Shown: positions 17,912-27,472 of the stretch, piece after piece
How positions within the stretch are numbered: position 1 is the stretch's first letter
Layout of the letters: each line of letters opens with the position of its first letter
From: Anaerolineae bacterium
Lineage (GTDB): Bacteria > Chloroflexota > Anaerolineae > JACRMK01
Reading direction: 5' to 3'
Assembly: GCA_038198935.1 (NCBI GenBank)
Contig: JBBPZQ010000033.1
Location: 1,484 to 65,483, forward strand
DNA length: 64,000 nt
Position numbers and translations under genes: made by a program
Notes under the pieces: generated by a model
What the model was told of the DNA's origin: nothing
What the model saw: the letters and a program-made list of their open reading frames with translations, nothing else
Databases searched by the model: none

Positions 17912-19684
17912 ATGAAAATTCTGCTCCGCCTGCTCGCCAACCTCAACCGTTATCGTCTTCAGATGTTCATCACCTACGTCTGTCTGTTCGGCATCATCGC
18001 GTTGAATCTGTACGTGCCGCAGTTGATACGACGGGTAATTGACGAAGGCGTGACGCACGGCGATCGTCAGTTCCTCGTCAACGCGGGCGTGCTGATCATG
18101 GGCATCGCATTGCTGCGCGGCGCGTTCGGTTTTGGGCGCATGTACCTGACGGAGTGGCTGGCGCAGCGCATTGGCTACGACTTTCGCAATCAACTGTACG
18201 ACAAGTATCAACGTCTGTCGTTCGCGTTCCACGACCACGCGCACACGGGCGATCTGATGTCGCGCGCGACCAGCGATGTGGACGGCGTGCAGCGCTTCAT
18301 CGGCAACGGCTTGCTCGACCTCGCCAACATCGCCGTCACGCTCGTCGGCAGCATCGCCATCATGCTCACGTCCGATGTGCGGCTCACCTTGCTCACGCTC
18401 GCGCCGATTCCCGTGCTTGTGGTTGTAACCGTGCGCTTCGGATTGAATCAGCGCGTCTTGTCCAAGCGCGTGCAAGAGCAGATGGGCAAACTCAGCACGA
18501 CACTGCAAGAGAATTTGACGGGCGTGCGCGTCGTTAAAGCATTTGCGCGCGAGGCATACGAGGTCAACAAGTTCGAGACGGAGAACCGAGATTATCTCGG
18601 CAAACGTCTCGCCGTCGTGCAGTCGTGGGCGAGCACGTTCCCGTTCATGAACTTCATCATTGCGGTCTGCACCGCAGTCCTGTTGTGGTTCGGCGGGCAA
18701 GACGTGATTCGTGGCACGCTCAGCATCGGCACACTCGTGGCATTCAACGCCTATATCCTGATGCTTTCACTGCCCGTTCAGCGCCTCGGCTTTCTGGTCA
18801 ATATGATGTCGAATGCCGTCGCGTCGGGCGAGCGTTTGTTCGAGATCCTCGACCAACCATCGAAGGTGCGTGAGAGCGCAAGCGCGACGATCCTCGGCGC
18901 TGTTGATGGCTTCGTGAAATTCGAGCATGTAAATTTTTCGTTTGGCGACAATGAGGTACTTCACGATGTGTCGTTTGAGGCGCGACCAAGCGAGGCCGTC
19001 GCGCTGATGGGTCCGACCGGCGCGGGCAAGAGCAGCATCGTGAATCTGATCCCGCGCTTCTACGACGTGACGAGCGGGCGCATCACAGTGGACGGTCACG
19101 ACATCCGTAACGTGACGCTCGCCTCGCTGCGTCGTCAGATCGGCATGGTGCTGCAAGAGTCGTTTCTGTTCTCGGCGACCATTCGGCAGAACATCGCATA
19201 CGGCAATCGCAACTCTGACCTCGACGACGTGATCGCGGCGGCGAAGGCAGCGCGCGCGCATGACTTCATCATGCAACTGCCTGATGGCTATGAGACGCGC
19301 ATCGGCGAGCGCGGCATCACACTGAGCGGTGGTCAGCGGCAGCGCGTCGCCATCGCGCGTGCGCTCTTGCTTAACCCGCGCATCTTGATACTGGACGATT
19401 CGCTCTCGGCGGTGGACACCGAGACCGAGTATCTCATTCAGCAAGCGTTGGCGACCTTGATGAACGGGCGCACGACGTTCGTGATTGCGCAGCGGCTCAT
19501 CACGCTAAAAAGTGCCGATCAGATCATCGTGCTCGATCACGGGCGCATCGTGCAGCGCGGCACGCACGATGATTTGGTACAGCAGCCCGGCCTATACAAG
19601 CGCATCTACGAATTGCAGTTGAAGGATCAAGAGGAAGTGGCGAGCAGCGAGTGGCGAGTGGCGAGTGTTCAGCGGATTGGATAA
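17912..19684 (+). CDS. ABC exporter, fused permease/ATPase (MsbA/type I exporter family), subunit 1
   Basis: Six-TM domain plus NBD with Walker A GPTGAGKSS, signature LSGGQRQR and Walker B ILILDD. The C-terminal tail is encoded by a tandem GAGTGGC repeat. Confidence 0.9.
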   Translation: MKILLRLLANLNRYRLQMFITYVCLFGIIALNLYVPQLIRRVIDEGVTHGDRQFLVNAGVLIMGIALLRGAFGFGRMYLTEWLAQRIGYDFRNQLYDKYQRLSFAFHDHAHTGDLMSRATSDVDGVQRFIGNGLLDLANIAVTLVGSIAIMLTSDVRLTLLTLAPIPVLVVVTVRFGLNQRVLSKRVQEQMGKLSTTLQENLTGVRVVKAFAREAYEVNKFETENRDYLGKRLAVVQSWASTFPFMNFIIAVCTAVLLWFGGQDVIRGTLSIGTLVAFNAYILMLSLPVQRLGFLVNMMSNAVASGERLFEILDQPSKVRESASATILGAVDGFVKFEHVNFSFGDNEVLHDVSFEARPSEAVALMGPTGAGKSSIVNLIPRFYDVTSGRITVDGHDIRNVTLASLRRQIGMVLQESFLFSATIRQNIAYGNRNSDLDDVIAAAKAARAHDFIMQLPDGYETRIGERGITLSGGQRQRVAIARALLLNPRILILDDSLSAVDTETEYLIQQALATLMNGRTTFVIAQRLITLKSADQIIVLDHGRIVQRGTHDDLVQQPGLYKRIYELQLKDQEEVASSEWRVASVQRIG

Positions 19685-19707
19685 CGCACAAGGCGGTGAG
19701 CGCTGCC

Positions 19708-20250
19708 CTATCCGCTTTCAACATCCGCTGCTCTGCCCAGCGGCATCTCGCGTTCCATGCGGCCGAGATAGATGAGTGATTCGAGGTCTTCCAAGTCTTC
19801 GGGCGAGTAACGCGCCACGACGGCGCGCACGTTTTCGAGCTTCTCGTCGGATGCCCAACCAAGCATCCGCGAGACGTCGGCAAAATCTTGTGCGCGTTGT
19901 GCCGTCAGTTTCATCAGCACAAGGTACTGCAAAGCGATAACAGGGAAGCCCGCAGCATCGTATCCGGGATCAGTCAGGGCTTCTCTCAGCCAAGGATAGT
20001 TGCCGAACAGCACATCCACTTCGACGCCTTCAGGCGAGTGCAGTAGAAATCCCGGTACCGCCAAACGGGATAAGACACGAAAGCCTGCTTGTTTGAATCG
20101 TGCCATAGCTGCATCCGCGTCAGTACGATGAACTAACACATCCATGTCTTTTGTCATGCGCTCTGCCATGTACGCGCGAGTCGCAACGCCGCCGATCAAT
20201 ACCCAATTGATTCCCTTCAAAATCTCTCGCAAGTCGGGCCATGGAATCAT
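19708..20250 (-). CDS. minimal nucleotidyltransferase (Pol-beta superfamily) fold protein
   Basis: GG...DMD motif: IGGVATRAYMAERMTKDMDVLV matches G[GS]x9-13Dx[DE]. ATG at 20250 has AAGGAGA RBS. The ORF-track N-terminal extension is rejected. No HEPN partner seen. Confidence 0.6.
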   Translation of the reverse strand: MIPWPDLREILKGINWVLIGGVATRAYMAERMTKDMDVLVHRTDADAAMARFKQAGFRVLSRLAVPGFLLHSPEGVEVDVLFGNYPWLREALTDPGYDAAGFPVIALQYLVLMKLTAQRAQDFADVSRMLGWASDEKLENVRAVVARYSPEDLEDLESLIYLGRMEREMPLGRAADVESG

Positions 20251-20451
20251 CGCAGTTCTCCTTTGCAGAAACTGGACGGCGCTGCCCGCACCGGGGCGAA
20301 TGCGGCGCGTGACCATCTCAATAAGAAACCGTCGCTTCTGGCGCGGCGTGAGGTTGCCGTCAGGTGCGATCTTGGCTATTGCGGGGGGAATGCGTTCGTT
20401 GTCCACAACATTTATTATACAGAGCGGCAGCAAATCTAACCGAGATTCACC

Positions 20452-22305
20452 ATGGGCATGAGAGGCGGCATGACGTTCGGGCGCGGCGGGCCCGACGACG
20501 ACATTCTCGGCAAGGCATACGACCCGCGCGTGATGAATCGGCTGATGGAATTCTTGCAGCCGTATCGCCGCCAGATCGTGCTCGCGTTTTTTATCATGAT
20601 CGTGCGCGCGACATCGGGACTGGCGGGACCCTACATCATTCGCCTTGCGATTGATCAAGGCATCGGCAAGAACGATCTCAACTTTCTAGGTCAGATGGTG
20701 CTCGCCTATTTGGCTGCGACGGGCGTGAACTGGATCACGAGCTTCGCCCAGATTTACACGATGTCGTGGGCTGGGCAGCACCTGATCTTCAACATGCGCA
20801 ATCGGCTTTTCGCGCATCTGCAAGCATTGACGCTTTCGTTCTACGATCACTACGAAGTTGGCCGCGTCATCTCGCGCGTGATCGGCGACGTGGGCGTGAT
20901 GCAGGAATTCGTGACGTGGGCAATCGTCGGGCTGTTTAGCGACATCTTCATTCTGGTCGGCATCGTGTTCGCGATGCTTTCGCTCAACGTGCCGCTGTCG
21001 CTGCTCACGTTCACGGTCATTCCGCTCATGTTCATGGTGACCGTCGTGTGGCGCACGCGCGCGCGCGAGGCGTTCCGTCAGGTGCGGCGCAAGATCGCCA
21101 TCGTGAATGCGAATTTGAATGAGAACATCACCGGTGTGCGCGTCGTGCAGGCGTTCGTACGCGAGACCACCAACCTCGCACACTTCGAGCGACTCAATCG
21201 CGACAACCTGACCGCGAATCTGGACGCAGCGCGATTGTCCGCCTTGTTCTTCCCGACGGTGGACCTCATCTCGTCGCTGGCGACGGCGCTCGTGATCGGG
21301 TTCGGCGGTATCGCGGTGCTCGAAGGAAACCTGACGGCGGGCGTGCTGGTGGCGATGGTGCTGTACGTGGATCGTTTCTTCGATCCGATCCGCGACCTCA
21401 CGCAGCGCTACACCACCTTCCAGCAGACGATGGCGAGCGGCGAGCGCATCATCGAGTTGCTGGACACACAGCCAGACATTCTTGAAGAGCCCGATGCGAT
21501 TGACTTGCCGCCCATCGTCGGTAACGTCCGCATCAATCACGTGACGTTCGGCTACGGTGATCGCTCGGCTACGCTCGGCACAGGCACGGACGTGTTGCAC
21601 GATATCGTCCTCGATGTGCCTGCGGGCCAGACCGTCGCGTTCGTCGGCGAGACGGGCGCGGGCAAGTCGTCGCTAGTCGCTTTGCTCAGTCGCTTCTACG
21701 AAGTCCGCAAAGGCAGCATCACGATTGACGGGTACGACATCCGCCACGTCACGAGCGACTCGCTGCGGCGGCAGATGGGTGTGGTGCTGCAATCAACCTT
21801 TCTGTTCAGCGGTACGGTCTTGGAAAACCTTCGCTTCGGGCGGCTGGACGCGAGCGAGGATGAGGTGATCGCAGCGGCGCAGACTGTGGGCGCGCACGAA
21901 TTCATCTCCCAGCTGCCGAACGGCTATGAGACGCAAGCGGGCGAGGGCGGCAATTCGCTGTCCGTGGGCCAACGACAACTGGTGTCGTTCGCGCGCGCGC
22001 TGCTCGCCAATCCCCACATCCTCATCCTCGACGAGGCGACCTCCTCGATTGACACGCACACCGAGCAGATCATCCAGCGCGCGCTGGAGAAACTGCTCAA
22101 GGGTCGCACCTCATTCGTGATCGCGCACCGCCTCAGCACGATCACGCGCGCCGATCAAATCGTCGTCATCCACGACGGGCGCATCGTGGAGCGCGGCACG
22201 CATCAAGAGTTGTTGGCGAAGCGTGGAATGTACTTCAATCTCTACACGATGAGCTTCCGCCGCGAGCGGCAGCAGAAGGCGCTGGCGGCACTCGACGCCG
22301 AGTAG
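20452..22305 (+). CDS. ABC exporter, fused permease/ATPase, subunit 2 (likely heterodimer partner of 17912-19684)
   Basis: Walker A GETGAGKSS, signature LSVGQRQL, Walker B ILILDE. The TMD resembles subunit 1. Confidence 0.9.
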   Translation: MGMRGGMTFGRGGPDDDILGKAYDPRVMNRLMEFLQPYRRQIVLAFFIMIVRATSGLAGPYIIRLAIDQGIGKNDLNFLGQMVLAYLAATGVNWITSFAQIYTMSWAGQHLIFNMRNRLFAHLQALTLSFYDHYEVGRVISRVIGDVGVMQEFVTWAIVGLFSDIFILVGIVFAMLSLNVPLSLLTFTVIPLMFMVTVVWRTRAREAFRQVRRKIAIVNANLNENITGVRVVQAFVRETTNLAHFERLNRDNLTANLDAARLSALFFPTVDLISSLATALVIGFGGIAVLEGNLTAGVLVAMVLYVDRFFDPIRDLTQRYTTFQQTMASGERIIELLDTQPDILEEPDAIDLPPIVGNVRINHVTFGYGDRSATLGTGTDVLHDIVLDVPAGQTVAFVGETGAGKSSLVALLSRFYEVRKGSITIDGYDIRHVTSDSLRRQMGVVLQSTFLFSGTVLENLRFGRLDASEDEVIAAAQTVGAHEFISQLPNGYETQAGEGGNSLSVGQRQLVSFARALLANPHILILDEATSSIDTHTEQIIQRALEKLLKGRTSFVIAHRLSTITRADQIVVIHDGRIVERGTHQELLAKRGMYFNLYTMSFRRERQQKALAALDAE

Positions 22306-22432
22306 AACGAAAATCAGGGAGATAAGAGGCGATTGGCTGCCTTTATCTCCCAGAGGTCTGCTCAGCTCCGTCATCGCGGTTCACACCCCGTTTGACACGT
22401 CTCGTACTTACATCTAATATCCCCGCCGTCAT

Positions 22433-23473
22433 ATGAGGAACAAAGACCGCAGCCTCACCATTCTGGTCGTGCCGCACAACGACAGCCCGACCATCACGCT
22501 GCGCTTTCCGCGCTGGCTTGTGCCGTCGCTGATCGTGCTCATCCTCACGCTGGTGGGGTTGGTTGGCTACTTCGCCGTGCGCTACTGGCAGCTAGCAGAA
22601 CGCTTCGACGAGCAAACGCGCGAGCAGCAGACCAATTTCGAGCGCGTGCGCGGAATGCGGACGACCATCCTAACCCAGCAAGACGACGTGAAAGCACTGA
22701 GCGATGAGGTGACGCAGGTCGAATCCGAGATGGAGAGCCTGCGCAAATTGAGCGAGCAAGTGCGCCAATTGCTCAGTCTGCCGAAGGCGACTCCGCCGAC
22801 CGTGACACCCGCGCCGACGCCGCAATCGTTCTTCATGCTGCCCGACGTGACGGGGCGTGTGAGCGGCAATGCGTTCGTGCCGAGCGCGCCGCAGCCCTCT
22901 ATGCTGCTCGTCGCGGAAAGCACCGCAAAAGTCGAGGCAGCGCGGCGGCTCGTTCCATGGATGGAAAAAGAATTGCAGTACCTCGCGTACCAATCGCTCA
23001 AGCGGCTGGCAAAAGTTGATCCCAGCAAAGAATACACACAAGATGAATTGCAAGCGCAATTAAAACTGCTCGCGGCTGCGCCCGCGCTGTGGCCCGTGCG
23101 CGGACCCATCACCTCGGATTTCGGCTGGCGGCGTGCGCTATTCAATTCGAGCGCGCGCGAGTTCCACTCGGGCATTGACCTTGGGGTGTGGTATTACACG
23201 CCGGTGCGTGCCACCAAAGACGGCGTGGTCGTCGCGGCAGGTTGGATGCAAGGCTACGGCAATGCCGTCGAGATCGCGCACGAGATGGGCTATAGCACGC
23301 TTTACGGTCACAACACATCGCTTAATGTGAAAGTCGGGCAGCAGGTGAAAGCCGGCGACGTGATCGCGCGGTCAGGACAGACCGGCTACGCGAATGGGCC
23401 GCACGTCCATTACGAGATTCGAATGAACGGCAAGCCCGTTGACCCGATGCGCTTCCTCGACCTCGCGCCATAA
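22433..23473 (+). CDS. M23 family metallopeptidase (LytM domain) with N-terminal TM helix and coiled coil
   Basis: HSGIDLG...GYGNAVEIAHEMGYSTLYGHN...GPHVHYEI: canonical M23 HxxxD / HxH motifs. Confidence 0.88.
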   Translation: MRNKDRSLTILVVPHNDSPTITLRFPRWLVPSLIVLILTLVGLVGYFAVRYWQLAERFDEQTREQQTNFERVRGMRTTILTQQDDVKALSDEVTQVESEMESLRKLSEQVRQLLSLPKATPPTVTPAPTPQSFFMLPDVTGRVSGNAFVPSAPQPSMLLVAESTAKVEAARRLVPWMEKELQYLAYQSLKRLAKVDPSKEYTQDELQAQLKLLAAAPALWPVRGPITSDFGWRRALFNSSAREFHSGIDLGVWYYTPVRATKDGVVVAAGWMQGYGNAVEIAHEMGYSTLYGHNTSLNVKVGQQVKAGDVIARSGQTGYANGPHVHYEIRMNGKPVDPMRFLDLAP

Positions 23474-23563
23474 TGGTCTGAGCCGTTAGTCACTGGTCGT
23501 TGGTCGCTTGTCTTCCTCGTGATGGGTTCAGCGATTTCAATCGCAAGAAATAGAAAGGAATGT

Positions 23564-23947
23564 ATGCTGAACGTCCAGAAACGCATTTTCAAAGATAGCA
23601 AGTCGCCGGACAAGTTTGAGACGCTGCTCGGTCCGAGCGCGAACTTTGACGGCCAACTGAAGTGCTCCGGCGGCGTGCGCGTGGAAGGCGACTTCAAGGG
23701 CGGAATCGAGACCGATGGCAATATCATCGTCGGCAAAGCCGCAAACGTTAGCGCCGATTTGCGCGGCCACAACATGTTAATCGCGGGCAAAGTGAACGGC
23801 AACATCTTCGCGCATGGTCAGCTCGCCATACTCTCGACGGGGCAAGTACTCGGCGATGTCGAGGTCGGCTCGATCTTGATCGAAGAAGGTGGCGTGTTCA
23901 GCGGACGCAGCACGGTGCACACGAATGGACACGGGGCTAACGCTTGA
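23564..23947 (+). CDS. bactofilin family cytoskeletal protein
   Basis: DUF583 beta-helical repeats (GGVRVEGDFKGGIETDGNIIVGKAANVSADLRGHNMLIAGKVNGNIFA...). ATG at 23564 with AAAGGA RBS. Confidence 0.85.
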   Translation: MLNVQKRIFKDSKSPDKFETLLGPSANFDGQLKCSGGVRVEGDFKGGIETDGNIIVGKAANVSADLRGHNMLIAGKVNGNIFAHGQLAILSTGQVLGDVEVGSILIEEGGVFSGRSTVHTNGHGANA

Positions 23948-24003
23948 TTTCAGATTGCAGATTGAGCGAGCAAATCTGCAATCTGAAATCTGAAATCTAA
24001 AAT
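23947..24003. repeat. hairpin element, AATCTGAAATCTG family
   Basis: tttcagattgcagattg agcgagc aaatctgcaatctgaaatctgaaatc: tandem heptamers with inverted copies. Confidence 0.6.
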
Positions 24004-24007
24004 ACCT

Positions 24008-24700
24008 GTGACTCGTCAGCAAGCTATCTTCCTCATCGTCGTTAACGCATTCGTGTCGGCGGTTATCAGTGCCCTCGTCGTACTCCTCGCGTTTTCGCTG
24101 TATGCACCGCCCCCGCCTCCCGTTGTCGCCGTCGCGGGCACGCCGCTGCCGCCAACGCCGACCCGCCGCACGCAGCCACTCACTTATATCGTCAAACCCG
24201 GCGATACACTCTCGACGATTGCGGCGCAGTTCAACATCTCAACCGCCGCGCTGATGCAGGCAAACGGCATTACCAATCCCAACGTGCTTGCCGTCGGTCA
24301 GCAGCTCATCATCCCGCCTCCCGATCTCACGCCAGTGGTCTCCATTCCTGCGACGCCTAGCACTGCCGTCGCCTCACCCGTGCCGATCTTGCGCATTACC
24401 GCGATCTTGCGCTCCAGTTCGCCGCAAACGTCTGTGGGCGAGATGGTCATCATTCAGAATATCGGCGTGCGCATTAATATGAAAGGCTGGACGCTCGCCG
24501 ATCTGCGCGGCAGTATCTACGTGTTCCCCGACGTGGTACTCGACAATAATTCTGGGGTGCGCGTACACACTGAAGGCGGACTCGACACCGCGACAGATTT
24601 GTACTGGGGACGCTCCGCGCCAGTCTGGGACGCGACGGACACCGCGACGCTGAAGGATCGTAGCGGTGTAGTGATTGACTCGTATACGATACGCAAGTAA
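24008..24700 (+). CDS. membrane-anchored LysM domain plus lamin-tail-domain (LTD) protein
   Basis: GTG start and N-terminal TM. The LysM domain is YIVKPGDTLSTIAAQFNISTAALMQANGI. The C-terminal segment (ILRITAI...EMVIIQNIG...MKGWTLADL...VLDNNSGVRVHT) resembles an LTD. Confidence 0.65.
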   Translation: MTRQQAIFLIVVNAFVSAVISALVVLLAFSLYAPPPPPVVAVAGTPLPPTPTRRTQPLTYIVKPGDTLSTIAAQFNISTAALMQANGITNPNVLAVGQQLIIPPPDLTPVVSIPATPSTAVASPVPILRITAILRSSSPQTSVGEMVIIQNIGVRINMKGWTLADLRGSIYVFPDVVLDNNSGVRVHTEGGLDTATDLYWGRSAPVWDATDTATLKDRSGVVIDSYTIRK

Positions 24701-24816
24701 TGTGCAATGCGTCAGTGGCAGCGCGCATATAAGGCATTACGAATCACTTGTTACGCATCACGCTATGTTATAATAGCCGCAGACCACATTCCTTTTTCTA
24801 GAAAACGAGGTGTCCC

Positions 24817-25569
24817 GTGTCTGGGCATTCCAAGTGGGCGACGATTAAACGCAAAAAGGGCGCTGCGGATGCTAAGCGCGGCCAGATGTTCACCAAGATT
24901 GGACGCGAGTTGACGATGGCGGCGCGCAGCGGCGGCGGTGATCCCGAGGCGAACATCACGCTGCGCATGATCGTCCAGAAAGCGCGCGCGAGCAACATGC
25001 CGAAGGATAACATCGAGCGCGCCATCAAGCGCGGCACTGGCGAACTGGAAGGCGCGGCGCTCGAAGAGGCGATGTACGAAGGCTATGGTCCGCACGGTTC
25101 GGCGCTGATGATCAAGGCGCTGACCGATAACCGCAATCGCACCGTCGCCGAGATTCGCGCTACGCTCAGTCGGCACGGCGGGCGCATGGCCGAGGCGGGC
25201 GCGGTAGCGTGGATGTTCGATCACAAGGGCGTGATTGCAGTGGACGCGCGAGGCAAAGACCCAGACGAGCTCGCGCTCGAAATCATTGATCTCGGCGCGG
25301 ACGACGTGAATGTGGAACAAAACGCGCTCGAAGTTTATACGATGCCGACCGACTTGCACAAGGTGCAGCAGGCGCTCGATCAAAAGAAGATTCGCTACGA
25401 GTCCGCCGACTTGGAAATGGTGCCGAAAAATCCGCTCGACCTGCCGCCGTCCGAAGCGGCTTCGACGGTGAAGTTGATCGAAATTCTCGAAGAACTCGAT
25501 GACGTGCAACAAGTCTATACCAACGTCGAAATCACCGACGAAACGATGCAGCAGTTGGAAACAGCGTAG
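24817..25569 (+). CDS. yebC: YebC/PmpR family DNA-binding transcriptional regulator
   Basis: MSGHSKWATIKRKKGAADAKRGQMFTKIGREL is the canonical N-terminus. Confidence 0.93.
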   Translation: MSGHSKWATIKRKKGAADAKRGQMFTKIGRELTMAARSGGGDPEANITLRMIVQKARASNMPKDNIERAIKRGTGELEGAALEEAMYEGYGPHGSALMIKALTDNRNRTVAEIRATLSRHGGRMAEAGAVAWMFDHKGVIAVDARGKDPDELALEIIDLGADDVNVEQNALEVYTMPTDLHKVQQALDQKKIRYESADLEMVPKNPLDLPPSEAASTVKLIEILEELDDVQQVYTNVEITDETMQQLETA

Positions 25570-25575
25570 GACCCA

Positions 25576-25636
25576 ATTCAGATTTTAGATTTTGGCGCTG
25601 CCATTGCAGTTTGCATGCCCTAAAATCTGCAATTAG
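25576..25636. repeat. hairpin element, AATCTGAAATCTG family (degenerate)
   Basis: ttcagattttagatttt...ctaaaatctgcaatt, between yebC and ruvC. Confidence 0.45.
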
Positions 25637-25638
25637 CA

Positions 25639-26142
25639 ATGATCAGAGTTTTGGGCCTCGACCCGGGTACGGCGACGACCGGGTACGGCGTAGTAGAAGA
25701 ATCCGCAAACGTGCTTGGCTTGATCGCATATGGAACAATTCTCACACCCGCCGATATGCCCATGCCTCAGCGGTTGCGGCTCATTTTTTTGCGCGTGACC
25801 GAGTTGCTTGGTAAGTTTCAGCCACAAGCGATGTCGGTCGAAAAACTTTTCTTCAATCGCAACGTGACCACCGCGCTCAGCGTCGGGCAGGCGAGGGGCG
25901 TCGCGCTGCTGGCTGCTGCCAACGCCGAGCTGCCCGTGTTCGAGTACACGCCGCTCGAAGTGAAGCAAGCAATCACTGGTTACGGTCGCGCGACGAAAGA
26001 TCAGATTCAGCAGATGGTGCGCATGCTGCTGCAATTGGATCACATCCCCAAACCCGACGACGCAGCCGACGCGCTCGCCATCGCTATCTGCCACATCCAA
26101 TCGGCGCAAATGCGCGCGTTAATCGAAAGGGAAACGGGGTGA
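25639..26142 (+). CDS. ruvC: crossover junction endodeoxyribonuclease RuvC
   Basis: MIRVLGLDPGTATTGYGVV...; RuvC catalytic Asp pattern. Confidence 0.92.
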   Translation: MIRVLGLDPGTATTGYGVVEESANVLGLIAYGTILTPADMPMPQRLRLIFLRVTELLGKFQPQAMSVEKLFFNRNVTTALSVGQARGVALLAAANAELPVFEYTPLEVKQAITGYGRATKDQIQQMVRMLLQLDHIPKPDDAADALAIAICHIQSAQMRALIERETG

Positions 26143-26182
26143 TGGGGGTAACGAGTCTGAACTCCAACAGCCCGTTTCCCAA

Positions 26183-26794
26183 TCAGCTGTTCTCCGGTTC
26201 ACCGCTCAGCCTCTCCAGCACTTTCCTTGCCTCGCGCGCGGCACGTCCGCGATGACTAATCTCGTGTTTCTGCGCTGACGACAACTCCGCCGTCGTTCGT
26301 CCCAATTCAGGTAAATAGAATATCGGGTCGTAGCCGAAGCCGCCCGCACCGCGCGGCGCAGACGCAATGACGCCTTCGCATTTGCCTTCGACGATCTCGA
26401 TGCCGTTATCCGGTATCGCAATCGCAATCACGCAGCGATAGCGTGCCGTGCGCTGTGATGGCAGCATCGCCGCGAGGCGCTCCAATAGGATGTGGTTGCG
26501 TTTCTCGCCACTCGTGTTCGGGCCCGCAAAGCGCGACGACAGCACGCCGGGTTCCCCGCCGAGCGCGTCAACCTCGATGCCGGAATCGTCTGCGAGCGTG
26601 AGCAGACCTGTGGCTGCGCCGTAAGCGCGCGCCTTTAGGATGGCATTCGCCTCAAAGGTGCTGCCCGTCTCTTCAACCTCCACGGTCACGCCCACGTCGC
26701 CGAGCGAGACGAGGACGAGCGGCAACTCGGCAAAGATTTCGCGGAACTCGCGCAGCTTATCTGGATTGTGAGTTGCAATCAACAATTGTCTCAC
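26183..26794 (-). CDS. rdgB: non-canonical purine NTP pyrophosphatase (RdgB/HAM1)
   Basis: LLIATHNPDKLREF...EETGSTFEANA...ADDSGIEVDALGGEPGV: Ham1 motifs. Confidence 0.9.
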   Translation of the reverse strand: MRQLLIATHNPDKLREFREIFAELPLVLVSLGDVGVTVEVEETGSTFEANAILKARAYGAATGLLTLADDSGIEVDALGGEPGVLSSRFAGPNTSGEKRNHILLERLAAMLPSQRTARYRCVIAIAIPDNGIEIVEGKCEGVIASAPRGAGGFGYDPIFYLPELGRTTAELSSAQKHEISHRGRAAREARKVLERLSGEPENS

Positions 26795-26869
26795 GCTTCA
26801 TCCTTCGTGTGGTGATTTTGCGCGCTCATCGCTTTACACTACAATAGTTCGCGCACGGAGGTTACGATT

Positions 26870-27346
26870 GTGGATGGACTGAATCAATTCTTTCAAGCCA
26901 ACGCGGCGCAGATGTGGATTGTGCTCGCGTGTCTCGTCTTTCTTGTGGAAGTATGGGTCGTCGTGCTAACGTGGCGCGTCTTTCGCGCGCGCTCCGTGCT
27001 CGCACCGCAGGCTGCTGATGCGCCCGCGGCGTTCGCTGCAGATCATAATAGTCTCACCCATCTGCAAGAGCAGATATTCTACAGTTTGCAGCGCGTCGGC
27101 ATCGTGCGCTTCAATCCCTTCGACGACACGGGCGGCGATCAAAGTTTTGCAATGGTACTCACCGATGCGTATGGCAACGGCGTCGTGATGAGCAGTCTGT
27201 ACCGGCGCGGCGACAGCCGCATCTTCGCCAAGCCGCTGACACAGTGGCAATCGTCCTACGCGCTCTCGACCGAAGAGCAGCAAGCCATCGCGCACGCGCG
27301 CGGTGAAGAGCATGCAGAAACTGAATTGACCGAGACACCGGCGTAA
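26870..27346 (+). CDS. DUF4446 family protein (N-terminal TM)
   Basis: VRFNPFDDTGGDQSFAMVLTDAYGNGVVMSSLYRRGDSRIFAKPL resembles the DUF4446 core. Confidence 0.65.
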   Translation: MDGLNQFFQANAAQMWIVLACLVFLVEVWVVVLTWRVFRARSVLAPQAADAPAAFAADHNSLTHLQEQIFYSLQRVGIVRFNPFDDTGGDQSFAMVLTDAYGNGVVMSSLYRRGDSRIFAKPLTQWQSSYALSTEEQQAIAHARGEEHAETELTETPA

Positions 27347-27354
27347 TTTATAAT
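27326..27354 (+). promoter_or_regulatory. sigma70-like promoter for tRNA-Gly
   Basis: TTGACC (27326-27331), 17-nt spacer, TATAAT (27349-27354). The tRNA 5' end lies 11 nt downstream. Confidence 0.5.
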
Positions 27355-27364
27355 AGCACTCGCT

Positions 27365-27435
27365 GCGGGTATGGTTCAGTGGTAGAACGCGAGCTTCCCA
27401 AGCCTGAAACGCGGGTTCGATTCCCGCTACCCGCT
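27365..27435 (+). tRNA. tRNA-Gly (anticodon CCC)
   Basis: Cloverleaf by hand: acceptor GCGGGTA/TACCCGC, D arm GTTC-AGTGGTA-GAAC, anticodon loop TTCCCAA, T arm GCGGG-TTCGATT-CCCGC. One A-C mismatch in the anticodon stem. CCA is not encoded. Confidence 0.85.
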
Positions 27436-27443
27436 TCACAAAT

Positions 27444-27472
27444 CCCTGAGCGTAATCGGGGTTTTTTTCTAC
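27444..27472 (+). terminator. terminator after tRNA-Gly
   Basis: ccctgagcgtaatcgggg followed by ttttttt. Confidence 0.55.

Noticed and set aside
19684-20452. Possibility that the two ABC genes are one interrupted gene
   Set aside because: Each has a complete TMD plus NBD with its own start and stop. They are two separate full-length subunits.
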